The notes under the pieces were generated by a model. The model had not been told where the DNA came from and did not search any database. It saw only the letters and a list, made by a program, of their open reading frames with translations. A program made the position numbers and the translations under genes. 35,660 nt of DNA, taken from the IMG/VR virus record IMGVR_UViG_3300037462_000906, positions 1 to 35,660 of that record. One strand, written 5' to 3'. The DNA comes from a virus (lineage: Duplodnaviria > Caudoviricetes). This document shows positions 1-7,748 of this stretch, in pieces (the first letter of the stretch is position 1; every line of letters starts with the position of its first letter).

Positions 1-1251
1 TTGCTGACCGACGTCGCGATCCGCAATGCCCAGCCGCGCTCGAAGCGGTTCAAGCTGGCGGATGCGCATGGCCTGTATCTCGAGGTGCTGCCCACCGGCA
101 GCAAGAGCTGGCGGTGGAAGTACCGCTTTGCCGGGGTGGAGAAGCGGCTCACCTTTGGCCCGTATCCGCTGATCTCGATCAAGCGCGCTCGCGAGCTGCG
201 GGACGAGGCGCGCGTTGTCTTGCTTGGGGGCACCGATCCGGGGGCACAGCGCCGCGCCGCGCGGGTGCAGGTGCAGTATGGCGAGACGTTCGAGGCGATC
301 GCCCGCAGCTGGCACGAGAAGAAGCGCAAGACGCTGACGCCGCGGTATGCCGAGCAGGTGCTGACGCGGCTCGAGGCGAATGTCTTTCCGCACCTCGGCA
401 AGCAGGCGATCCGGGAGATCACGCCGCCCATGGTGCTGGAGGCGGTGCGGCGGATCGAGCAGCGCGGAGCGGTGACGATGGCGCACGAGGTCCGCGGGCA
501 CGTGTCCGAGGTGTTCGTGTGGGCGATCGCGGCGGGCCTTGCGGACACCGATCCGGCGGCGATCATCCGCCGCGCGCTGGTGCCGATGCCATCCAGCCGC
601 AGGCCTGCGCTGATCACCCTGCCCGAGGTTCGCGCGCTGCTGAAGACGATCGACGGCCTGCCCCGCGCGCAGGAAGGGACGAAGCTGGCCTCGCGCCTGC
701 TGGCGCTGACGGCCGTTCGGCCAGGGCCGCTGCGGATGGCCGAGAAAGCCGAGTTCCGGGATCTGGACGGGGCCGAGCCGGTCTGGCGAATCCCGGCCGC
801 GAAGATGAAACTCAGTCTGCGCAACAAGAGCGACGCGGCCTTCGATTTCTTTGTCCCGCTCGCCCCGCAGGCGGTCGAGATCGTACGCAAGGCGATGGCG
901 CTGACCGGCGGGCCCGCCTCGAAACAGCGTCTGCTCTTCCCGGGTGTCAGCCGCCGCCAGCCGATCAGCGATTCGACGCTGAGCCAGCTCTATCTCGACG
1001 CGGGGTATCGCGGCCGTCACGTGCCGCACGGTTGGCGGGCGAGCTTCTCGACCATCATGAACGAGCGCGCGGCCAAGGCCGGTCGGCCGGAGGATCGCGC
1101 AATCATCGACCTGATGCTCGCCCACATGCGCGACGACGTCGAGGCGGCGTACAACCGGGCGGCGTACATGGGCAGGCGGCGCGAGCTGGCCTGCGAGTGG
1201 GCGCAGCTGCTGGAGGCGCCGCGTGACGGCGCCGACGACACGGGGCAATGA
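1..1251 (+). CDS. int: Tyrosine recombinase/integrase, P4/IntA family with arm-binding domain (Int1)
   Basis: N-terminal MLTDVAIRN..KLADAHGLYLEV arm domain; catalytic TAVR, HGWR, LAH and AAYNR motifs. Confidence 0.95.
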   Translation: MLTDVAIRNAQPRSKRFKLADAHGLYLEVLPTGSKSWRWKYRFAGVEKRLTFGPYPLISIKRARELRDEARVVLLGGTDPGAQRRAARVQVQYGETFEAIARSWHEKKRKTLTPRYAEQVLTRLEANVFPHLGKQAIREITPPMVLEAVRRIEQRGAVTMAHEVRGHVSEVFVWAIAAGLADTDPAAIIRRALVPMPSSRRPALITLPEVRALLKTIDGLPRAQEGTKLASRLLALTAVRPGPLRMAEKAEFRDLDGAEPVWRIPAAKMKLSLRNKSDAAFDFFVPLAPQAVEIVRKAMALTGGPASKQRLLFPGVSRRQPISDSTLSQLYLDAGYRGRHVPHGWRASFSTIMNERAAKAGRPEDRAIIDLMLAHMRDDVEAAYNRAAYMGRRRELACEWAQLLEAPRDGADDTGQ

Positions 1252-2050
1252 GGCCACCCCCTTCGGCCTGCTCGCCGCCAAGCTTGCGGCCGCGCCGCTT
1301 TCACGCAAGACCCGGCTGAAGCTCGAGCGCGGTGACAGTCCGCGATCGGGCCAGCCGGTCTGGCGCAACAGCTACTACGAAGGCCAGTGCGAGGAGCGGA
1401 TCTGGCGGCGCTATGGCGACGGCACGGCCCGCACCGGCAAGCGCCTGCAAGCCCTGATCCTGAAGGCCGCCCGCCGCCTCGAGCGCGAGACGCGGCGCAA
1501 GCGGCAGGCAGAGGCGGAGAAGCGCCGGCGCGGCCTGCTGGGCGACGTCGGGCTTGAGGTGCTCGAGTTTCTGTGGAGCCGGGTCGATTACTTCACCGGC
1601 CGCCTCGAGCCCGCGATCGCCACGATCGCAGACGAGCTCGGCCGATCCTATTCAGCCGTGCACCGCGCGCTCAAGGCCTTGCGCGCCCACGGTTTCATCC
1701 AGTGGTACCGGCGCTCCCGACCGATCGAGAACCCCCAGCCCGGCGGGCCGTTGGTGGAACAGATCCCCAACGCCTACGCTCTGCTGATCCCCAAGGCATT
1801 GCAGAGCTTCTTCGCCATCGAGATCGGGGGCAAGCGCCCGCCGATGCCCGACTGCATCGCCTGGGACCGCGAGAAGGCGCGCGAGGAATTCGAACGGCAG
1901 CTTGATCAGCTGACCTTGCGCGAATGGCATCAGGCGACCTGGCAGGGCGACAGCCTCCTGGGCGAACGCCTCGAACGACTTGCGCGCTTGGTGGAGGAGC
2001 GCGAATCCTCGATAGCCCGAGAGACCGGGGGAGAACTTCGTTCTCCATGA
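1223..2050 (+). CDS. HTH-domain putative replication initiator (plasmid-type Rep)
   Basis: DYFTGRLEPAIATIADELGRSYSAVHRALKALRAHGFIQW winged HTH followed by QIPNAY; overlaps the 3' end of int. Confidence 0.6.
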   Translation: MTAPTTRGNEATPFGLLAAKLAAAPLSRKTRLKLERGDSPRSGQPVWRNSYYEGQCEERIWRRYGDGTARTGKRLQALILKAARRLERETRRKRQAEAEKRRRGLLGDVGLEVLEFLWSRVDYFTGRLEPAIATIADELGRSYSAVHRALKALRAHGFIQWYRRSRPIENPQPGGPLVEQIPNAYALLIPKALQSFFAIEIGGKRPPMPDCIAWDREKAREEFERQLDQLTLREWHQATWQGDSLLGERLERLARLVEERESSIARETGGELRSP

Positions 2051-2055
2051 AAGGA

Positions 2056-2088
2056 ATGGCCTGACAAGCGGTCAGGCCATGCGTTTTC
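2056..2088 (+). terminator. Rho-independent terminator after int-rep
   Basis: 10-bp perfect stem ATGGCCTGAC/GTCAGGCCAT followed by GCGTTTTC. Confidence 0.6.
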
Positions 2089-2239
2089 AAGGTCCGGCCC
2101 GACCCCACCGGCTCACAGAAGCTCGAAGAACCACCCAGCCGCACCGCAGGGCAGCGGCGGCTGCGCCGCCGCCGGGGCTTTGCGGGGGCCGGACCGCAAG
2201 GTCCGTGCCAGAATTGACCTTCGCCCGTGACGTGAGGGA

Positions 2240-3067
2240 TCACCCGGGAAGGGGAAGCGCGAAGTTGCTGATCAGCAGCTCGCCGACGCGCTTGGCGCCA
2301 CCGGTTGCAGTCGAGATCGAGTACGTCGTCTCGATCGGCAGCTGGTGCAATCCGGCGAATATCGCGCGAACCTCGGGCGTGTCATTGATGGAGAGGACCG
2401 ACTTTCCGCGCGCCGCCCGGATCATGGCCGCCAGCCGCTCGAAGTCGCCGCGCGCGAAAACCTCCGCGCCGTAATCGTCCTCGCACCCCCAGTAGGGCGG
2501 GTCGCAATAGAACAGCATCCCCGGCCGGTCATAGCGGGCGATGAACTGGTCGAAGGGCAGCTGCTCGATCACCACCCCGACCAGCCGTTCGTGGATATCC
2601 GCAAGCATCGGCTCGAGCTTCCCGATGTCGAAGCGCGCGCCCTGTCGGCTGTCCACCCCGAAGCCCCGGCCGACGACCTTACCGCCGAACGCCAGCCGCT
2701 GAAGGTAGAGGAATCGCGCGGCGCGTTGGAGGTCGGTCAGCCGCGCCGGATCGAGACCGCGCAGCCGTTCGAACTCATTGCGGCTCGCGATCCGCCAGCG
2801 CAGCATGTCGATGAAATAGGGGTAGTGCTCCTGGAGCACCCGGAAGAACGTGGCGACGTCGCCCGAGACATCGTTGATCGCCTCGACCTTCGGCCGCGCG
2901 CGGCGGCGCAGGAAGATCCCGCCCATGCCCACGAAGGGCTCGGCGTAGCCGTCATGCTCGACGCGCTCGATGATGGCGCAGATCCGCTGCGCGAGGTTGC
3001 GCTTGCCGCCGATGTACCCGGCCGCAGGTCGCACCGGTTTGGTGGTTTCAAGTTTTTCAATTGTCAC
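2240..3067 (-). CDS. DNA adenine methylase (D12/Dam class)
   Basis: YIGGKRNLA, EPFVGMGGIF SAM motif and FYCDPPY catalytic motif; GTG at 3067 with AAGGA SD preferred over the ORF-track start at 3418. Confidence 0.92.
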   Translation of the reverse strand: MTIEKLETTKPVRPAAGYIGGKRNLAQRICAIIERVEHDGYAEPFVGMGGIFLRRRARPKVEAINDVSGDVATFFRVLQEHYPYFIDMLRWRIASRNEFERLRGLDPARLTDLQRAARFLYLQRLAFGGKVVGRGFGVDSRQGARFDIGKLEPMLADIHERLVGVVIEQLPFDQFIARYDRPGMLFYCDPPYWGCEDDYGAEVFARGDFERLAAMIRAARGKSVLSINDTPEVRAIFAGLHQLPIETTYSISTATGGAKRVGELLISNFALPLPG

Positions 3068-3082
3068 GAGAACAGTCCTTAA

Positions 3083-3192
3083 GTGGTCCCACCCGTTGCG
3101 CGGGTGCGGGACGGCCCAGCTAGGCCAGCTGTGTCGTGACGAGGTCGCTCTCGTCGGTTCGCCGGGCTGGTACCCCGGCAACCCCTGCTCGC
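3083..3192 (-). ncRNA. Structured 5' leader of the methylase, candidate D12-methyl-like RNA motif
   Basis: Four consecutive hairpins (3161-3179, 3138-3155, 3117-3131, 3086-3112) directly upstream of the SD. Confidence 0.5.
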
Positions 3193-3202
3193 GCAGGGTA
3201 TG

Positions 3203-3271
3203 AAAAGTAGCGTGTCGCACTACTTTTTTCTTGCCATCCCCGTTCCTCAGGTGTATAGCATCACTATACAC
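3203..3271 (+). promoter_or_regulatory. higB promoter with two palindromic operators
   Basis: TTGCCA-17-TATAGC (3231-3259); palindromes AAAAGTAG-N9-CTACTTTT (3203-3227) and GTGTATAG-N5-CTATACAC (3251-3271). Confidence 0.75.
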
Positions 3272-3287
3272 AGCAAGGAGAACGGAA

Positions 3288-3587
3288 ATGAAGATTGTTT
3301 CGGTCAGGGATAAGCGGATCAAGGCGCTGGTGGAGAACCCCAAGCGCACTTCGGTTAAGGGTCTCGATGCCCTCGAAACCCGCAAGATCGTCGAGATGAT
3401 CGCGGCGATCCGGGTCATGACCCACCCGCTTCAGCTGACGGAAGTCCCCAGCTGGAAGGCCCACGAACTTGTGCCGGGCTACCCGGGCAAGTGGAGCCTC
3501 GTGGTCACCCGCAATTATCGCCTCACCTTCAGGGTCGACGTGAAGGCGCAGGAAGTCTCGGTGCTCGATTACGAGGACTATCACTGA
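3288..3587 (+). CDS. higB: HigB/RelE-family toxin
   Basis: 99 aa; WKAHEL..YPGKWSLVVTRNYRLTF..LDYEDYH signature; AAGGAG SD. Confidence 0.88.
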   Translation: MKIVSVRDKRIKALVENPKRTSVKGLDALETRKIVEMIAAIRVMTHPLQLTEVPSWKAHELVPGYPGKWSLVVTRNYRLTFRVDVKAQEVSVLDYEDYH

Positions 3588-3668
3588 GGCCCGGCGGGCC
3601 GGGGGAAACCCCGGCCCTAGCCCGCCCACCGCAAGGCCGCCCTCGCGGCCCATCGTCATTCGCAAAAT

Positions 3669-3723
3669 GTGTAGCGCGCCGCCCTACTTTTTCCTTGCCC
3701 AGTGTAAGGTGATGCGCTACACA
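3669..3723 (+). promoter_or_regulatory. Separate higA promoter with two operator copies
   Basis: 3671-3700 matches 3207-3236 at 25/30; TTGCCC-17-TACACA; 3702-3722 is an inverted 17/21 match to 3251-3271. Confidence 0.7.
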
Positions 3724-3744
3724 GCTAGTGTGGAGAAGCGACTC

Positions 3745-4110
3745 ATGACCAAGCAGCCGAGTTCCGAATTCAAGATCACCGATCCCGCCGAGATGCGCGT
3801 CGACGAACTGCCGCCGCTCTCGATGTCGCCCGGTGAATTCATCAAGCGCGTCGTGCTGCCGGAGTGGGGTCTGAGCGCCAAGCAGGCGGCAGAGCTGCTC
3901 GGCTATAATCGTGTCGGCCTGACCAACACGCTCAATGGCAAGCACGAGGTGACCCGCGATCTGATCTATCGCCTGGGCGCGCTGCTCGGCGATCACCTTG
4001 CGGATCTGCTGCTCGCCCACAAACAGGCCTGGGACCTTGAGCAGGAGAAGGCGCAGCGCGAAGCCCACAAACTGCACATTGCGCGCCTGCCCTTCCCCTC
4101 GGCCGACTAG
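3745..4110 (+). CDS. higA: HigA-family HTH antitoxin
   Basis: SPGEFIKRVVLPEWGLSAKQAAELLG..LNGK..AWDL pattern; downstream of higB; GGAG SD. Confidence 0.85.
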   Translation: MTKQPSSEFKITDPAEMRVDELPPLSMSPGEFIKRVVLPEWGLSAKQAAELLGYNRVGLTNTLNGKHEVTRDLIYRLGALLGDHLADLLLAHKQAWDLEQEKAQREAHKLHIARLPFPSAD

Positions 4111-5336
4111 CCCGCCAGCAGCGCGCCCCAGCGATCGAACAGCTCGCGCCGGCGCGCCAGCTGGGCCGAGCGGTTGTAGGCTGCCTCGACCTTGCCCTTG
4201 CCGGCGTGGCCGAGCGCGGCATCGATGTCGAAGCGCCACTCGGGCCCGAGCTCCTCGTTGAGGATCGTCGAGAAGCTGGCGCGCCACCCGTGCGGAACGT
4301 GCCGCCCGGCAAAGCCCGCGCGCTCGTAAAGCTCACGGATGGCGCCGGCCGCGATCGGGGCTGGCCTCGCCGTAAAGAACCATCGCCCGTCCGACTGCCG
4401 CGCCACCCGCTTGAGCTGCAACATCCTGCCCGGAAACACCAGTCCGACCTGGCCGGCGTCCGACTTTGCCCGCGCCGCCTCGAGCACCCCCATTGCCGCC
4501 GCGCTCAGCGGCACGACGTGATCGAACCGCGCGTCGCCCTTCTTCTCCCGGCCCAGCTTCATTCGCGCCGCCGGCACCGTCCAGACCCGCGCGGCGAGGT
4601 CGACCTCGCCCCAGCGCATCCCGCGCACCGCGGCGAGGCGAACGGCCGTCAGCGCAAGGAATCGGCTAGCGGCGATCGTCACAGCCCGAGCCTCATCCGC
4701 CTCGCAGGCGGCGAGCAGCTGGCGACATTCCTCGATCGAGGTCAGCGCCGGGTGCGGCCGCGCCGGCGGCGGCGCAAGCATCGCCGCGCCAAGGTCGGCG
4801 GCCGGGTTGCCGGTCACCAGTTCGTGAGCGCGGCCGAAGGCGAAGATCTCGGCGAGGCGCTGGCGCAGTCGGTGCGCGCTGGTGCGGCAACCGCGTCGGG
4901 CGACCCGCTCGATCTGCGCGAGCAGCTGGCGCGGCGTAATCAGATCGGCGGCGGTGGCCCCCAGCTCGGGGAAGACATCGCGCTCGAGGCTGGCGAGCAC
5001 GTCCTCGGCATGCGCCGGCGACCAGCCCGGCAGATTGGCCCGGTACCAAAGCCGCGCGAGCTGCTCGAGCGTGTCGGCCGCCGCGGTCTTCCGGCCGGGA
5101 TCGACGCCTGCGGCGAGCTGCTCCTTGGCCTCGGCCTGCAGGATCCGCGCGCGGCTGACGTTGACCTCGGGGAACTGGCCTAGGGTGAGCAGCTTCTCCC
5201 TTCCCTGCCAGCGGTACTTGAGCTGCCAGCTCTTCGTGCCCGTAGGCCGCACCAGCAGGTGCAGCCCGCCCTGATCATGCAGCTTGTAGGCGCGCGCCTG
5301 CGCACCGGCGGCTTTCGCCGCGGCGTTGGTTAGCAT
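4107..5336 (-). CDS. int: Second tyrosine integrase, P4/IntA family (Int2)
   Basis: YKLHDQGGLHLLV arm domain; intact TAVR, HGWR, LGH and AAYNR motifs. Confidence 0.95.
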   Translation of the reverse strand: MLTNAAAKAAGAQARAYKLHDQGGLHLLVRPTGTKSWQLKYRWQGREKLLTLGQFPEVNVSRARILQAEAKEQLAAGVDPGRKTAAADTLEQLARLWYRANLPGWSPAHAEDVLASLERDVFPELGATAADLITPRQLLAQIERVARRGCRTSAHRLRQRLAEIFAFGRAHELVTGNPAADLGAAMLAPPPARPHPALTSIEECRQLLAACEADEARAVTIAASRFLALTAVRLAAVRGMRWGEVDLAARVWTVPAARMKLGREKKGDARFDHVVPLSAAAMGVLEAARAKSDAGQVGLVFPGRMLQLKRVARQSDGRWFFTARPAPIAAGAIRELYERAGFAGRHVPHGWRASFSTILNEELGPEWRFDIDAALGHAGKGKVEAAYNRSAQLARRRELFDRWGALLAG

Positions 5337-5514
5337 ATAAGGCCCTCGTGAAAGTAGTCTGGATCTCGGCCGACTTCAGGGGCCACCCTTCGCAACACGA
5401 AATCGAGTGCGATCTGATCGGCATATTCGAAAGGGCCATCGGCGTGGCGCCAACACTCAGCTACGGCGTGTGTGATGGGTTGCGCGGGATGATCCTCGAG
5501 GCCCAAGTCGGATA

Positions 5515-5772
5515 ATGGCCACCGGCATTGCCTTCCCCGAAAGCAACCTGACGCTCGGCGCGCCGACGCCCGAGGACGCGGCGGCCGGCACGGTCTACGG
5601 CCTGCCGGTGCTGCGCTACCGCGATCTCGACGGGCAGACCCACTGCCTCAGCAAGTGGCAGCTCAGCCCCGAGGAGTTGGCCGAGGTGCAGCGCACCGGC
5701 GTGGTCTGGTTCAACTGCTGGGGCCCGACCCACCCGCCGATCTGGATCAGCGGGACAAGCCCGTTCCGATGA
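5515..5772 (+). CDS. Hypothetical phage protein
   Basis: 85 aa ORF with protein-like composition, ATGA-coupled to the next ORF. Confidence 0.7.
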   Translation: MATGIAFPESNLTLGAPTPEDAAAGTVYGLPVLRYRDLDGQTHCLSKWQLSPEELAEVQRTGVVWFNCWGPTHPPIWISGTSPFR

Positions 5773-5969
5773 TTCCCTGGAAGTCCATTGCCGAAATGCC
5801 AGGGCATCTCAAGGACGGGCGCGACGTGCTTGTCTGGGAAGGATGTTTGGCCCTCGTCGTCAGATGGTCTGAAGAGCGTTGGTACGATTCCGGCCCGGGC
5901 TGGAACGATACGCGAGAAGGCGGCCCGGTCGACGAAGTAACCCACTACTGCGAGATCACGCCGCCCTGA
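5769..5969 (+). CDS. Small phage protein (DUF551-like W..P.DG..VTHY pattern)
   Basis: MIPWKSIAEMP..KDGRDVLVW..VTHYCEITPP; ATG overlaps the upstream stop. Confidence 0.65.
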   Translation: MIPWKSIAEMPGHLKDGRDVLVWEGCLALVVRWSEERWYDSGPGWNDTREGGPVDEVTHYCEITPP

Positions 5970-6046
5970 CCGGCGCGGATAATCCCTCCGCCCCGGTGGC
6001 GCGGCGGAATGGCGGAGTTCTGCGGTTCTCCGGCTGCGCGCTGCGC

Positions 6047-6070
6047 GGCGATACCCCCGGCGATACCCCC
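6047..6070. repeat. Tandem GGCGATACCCCC x2, candidate integrase arm-binding sites
   Basis: Perfect 12-bp direct repeat; reverse complement GGGGGTAT resembles repeats beside P4-type integrase att sites. Confidence 0.55.
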
Positions 6071-6106
6071 ATCTGGAGCACGGTTTTTCCCGGCCTCGGG
6101 AGAAAC

Positions 6107-6385
6107 CTAGCGCCCCTCACCCTCCGGGCACGCAGCCCGGTACCGGGCGTTGTGCGCCTGTATTTCGGTCACCGTCTCGTCGCTGTCGTGACGATTGCCG
6201 GGATCGTCGACGCCGGCCGCCGGCGCCGCGCTGTAGCTGATCGGGCCGTCGCCCTGGCACCAGCTGCTAAGGCTGCGCTGCGGGGCGATATCGCTCGCAG
6301 GTAGACTTGTCCCGGTTGTCGAGCAGGCACTGGTCGAAACGAGCAGCGCTGCGCTCGCCATGCTCACGAAGTTCCTGTTCGGCAT
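6107..6385 (-). CDS. Lipoprotein, o-spanin (Rz1-like)
   Basis: Signal peptide with TSAC lipobox; overlaps the 3' end of the Rz-like gene; last gene of the lysis cassette. Confidence 0.7.
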   Translation of the reverse strand: MPNRNFVSMASAALLVSTSACSTTGTSLPASDIAPQRSLSSWCQGDGPISYSAAPAAGVDDPGNRHDSDETVTEIQAHNARYRAACPEGEGR

Positions 6386-6608
6386 TGTTGGCGTCTCCCA
6401 GTTGATCGAGGGTCTGTGTCTGGCCGGCGCTGACCGCAGCGGCCGCGCCGCCCTGCGCCGCGATCTCGAGGGCGTTCTCGTGGCGGCGATCGGCAATCGC
6501 AACGAAAGTCCAGATTGCTGCAACGATCGCGCTGACAATCGCAATCCAGATCCAGTTGGCAAGGCCCCGCCATCCTGCGGCGGCAAGGAAGCTGGCGATC
6601 GTCCTCAT
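6267..6608 (-). CDS. i-spanin (Rz-like)
   Basis: N-terminal TM (WIWIAIVSAIVAAIWTFVAIA), Ala-rich helical region and C-terminal Cys pair. Confidence 0.7.
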   Translation of the reverse strand: MRTIASFLAAAGWRGLANWIWIAIVSAIVAAIWTFVAIADRRHENALEIAAQGGAAAAVSAGQTQTLDQLGDANNAEQELREHGERSAARFDQCLLDNRDKSTCERYRPAAQP

Positions 6609-6820
6609 GACTGGTCCCTCCGGTCGCTGGGCCCGGTGAACCAGAAGGCCACCACCATCCCGAAAAAGCCCTGCGTCACCACCGCCTGGGCGATCATCCG
6701 GAACAGCTCGTCCTTGCGCAGGTCCGGCATGAAGGCGACCATCGCCAGCACCACGAGCACCAGCAGGAAACACCCCGCGCCCAGCAGCAGGCGGGCCTGA
6801 TTGGCGGTTGCGGCGGGCAT
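6605..6820 (-). CDS. Two-TM holin-like protein
   Basis: 71 aa, two hydrophobic segments, charged C-tail; coupled to the endolysin stop. Confidence 0.6.
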   Translation of the reverse strand: MPAATANQARLLLGAGCFLLVLVVLAMVAFMPDLRKDELFRMIAQAVVTQGFFGMVVAFWFTGPSDRRDQS

Positions 6821-7461
6821 CAGGTGCCCTCCCGGTAAAGCTCGGCCTCGGCAGCGCGGCGGCGGGTCAGGCCAGCCATCACGCGCCCGCCCGACCGGTT
6901 CCAGCGCGCGAACTCGGCCGCCGCGCCAGCGTAATCTCCCGCGACATGCTTGCGGGTAAGCGTCGCCCGGGCGATCGCGCCGGTGTTGTAGTGGAAGCTG
7001 ACCAGCGCATCGAACTGGGCCTGACTGGTGGCGCTGATCGCCGGGCCCAGCGCGGCAATGACCTCGCGGGCGAAGCGCTGATAATCCTCTCGCGCGCGCT
7101 GGTCGCACTGCGCCTGCGTCCAGATCGTGCCGCGCCGGATGCGCCCGCCGTTGAAGTGATCGGCGCCGGTCGATCCCCAGCCAATCGTCCAGGGCTCAGC
7201 CCCGGTGCCGGGGTCGGGATAGGCCTCGATCCGGCCATCAGGCCGCAACCGGGCGCAGCCTTCGAAGCGTTTGATCAGCTGCTCGCCCTGTTCGCTGAGC
7301 CGGGTCGGGACAAACGCGCGCTCGGGTTCGCTGGGCGGCGTGGGCTTGGCCCGGCTTTCGAGGACGGCATTGATGCTGTCCACTTCGGCCTGGCTCAGGC
7401 CCCGGCCAAGGATCCGGCGAAACGTGCCGAACAGATCGGCGGGCTTGAAGGGCAGGTTCAT
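6820..7461 (-). CDS. Endolysin, GH24 lysozyme
   Basis: IKRFEG..AYPDPGTG..WTIGWG and QFDALVSFHYNTG..GLTRRRAAEAELY motifs. Confidence 0.93.
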   Translation of the reverse strand: MNLPFKPADLFGTFRRILGRGLSQAEVDSINAVLESRAKPTPPSEPERAFVPTRLSEQGEQLIKRFEGCARLRPDGRIEAYPDPGTGAEPWTIGWGSTGADHFNGGRIRRGTIWTQAQCDQRAREDYQRFAREVIAALGPAISATSQAQFDALVSFHYNTGAIARATLTRKHVAGDYAGAAAEFARWNRSGGRVMAGLTRRRAAEAELYREGT

Positions 7462-7748
7462 TTGCTGTCTCCGAAATAGAGGGAGAAGATCGCCGCCAGC
7501 GCCAGCACAAGGCCCGCCAGCGAAGCGATCCACTTGATGATCTTGCCGAACCACCCGCCGACCGTGCCGGCGGCGTTGTAGCCTTCGGCCAGCTTGACCA
7601 GCGTCGGCGCCACCCGCACCAGCCCCTCGAGCGCGTCGACGGTCTCCTTCTTGCCGAGGGTCTCGAGCGCCTTGAGGCCGGTGGTGACCTCGGTCAGCTG
7701 TTCGGAAAAAGCGCGCAGCGCCTCGCGGTCCGACTGGTTCATCGTCAC
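7458..7748 (-). CDS. Single-TM membrane protein, holin/antiholin candidate
   Basis: Coiled N-terminus with C-terminal TM, directly upstream of the endolysin. Confidence 0.6.
   Translation of the reverse strand: MTMNQSDREALRAFSEQLTEVTTGLKALETLGKKETVDALEGLVRVAPTLVKLAEGYNAAGTVGGWFGKIIKWIASLAGLVLALAAIFSLYFGDSK

Noticed and set aside
3068-3418. 117-codon N-terminal extension of the methylase in the ORF track
   Set aside because: It runs antisense through higB and its promoter; methylase motifs begin just after GTG 3067, which has an SD
5337-5515. tRNA or tRNA-derived att core near int2
   Set aside because: No cloverleaf or convincing T-arm with a CCA end could be built
7740-7748. Holin dual-start motif (MTM)
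   Set aside because: The first codon is a GTG overlapping the upstream stop and there is no Lys/Arg between the starts; support is too weak
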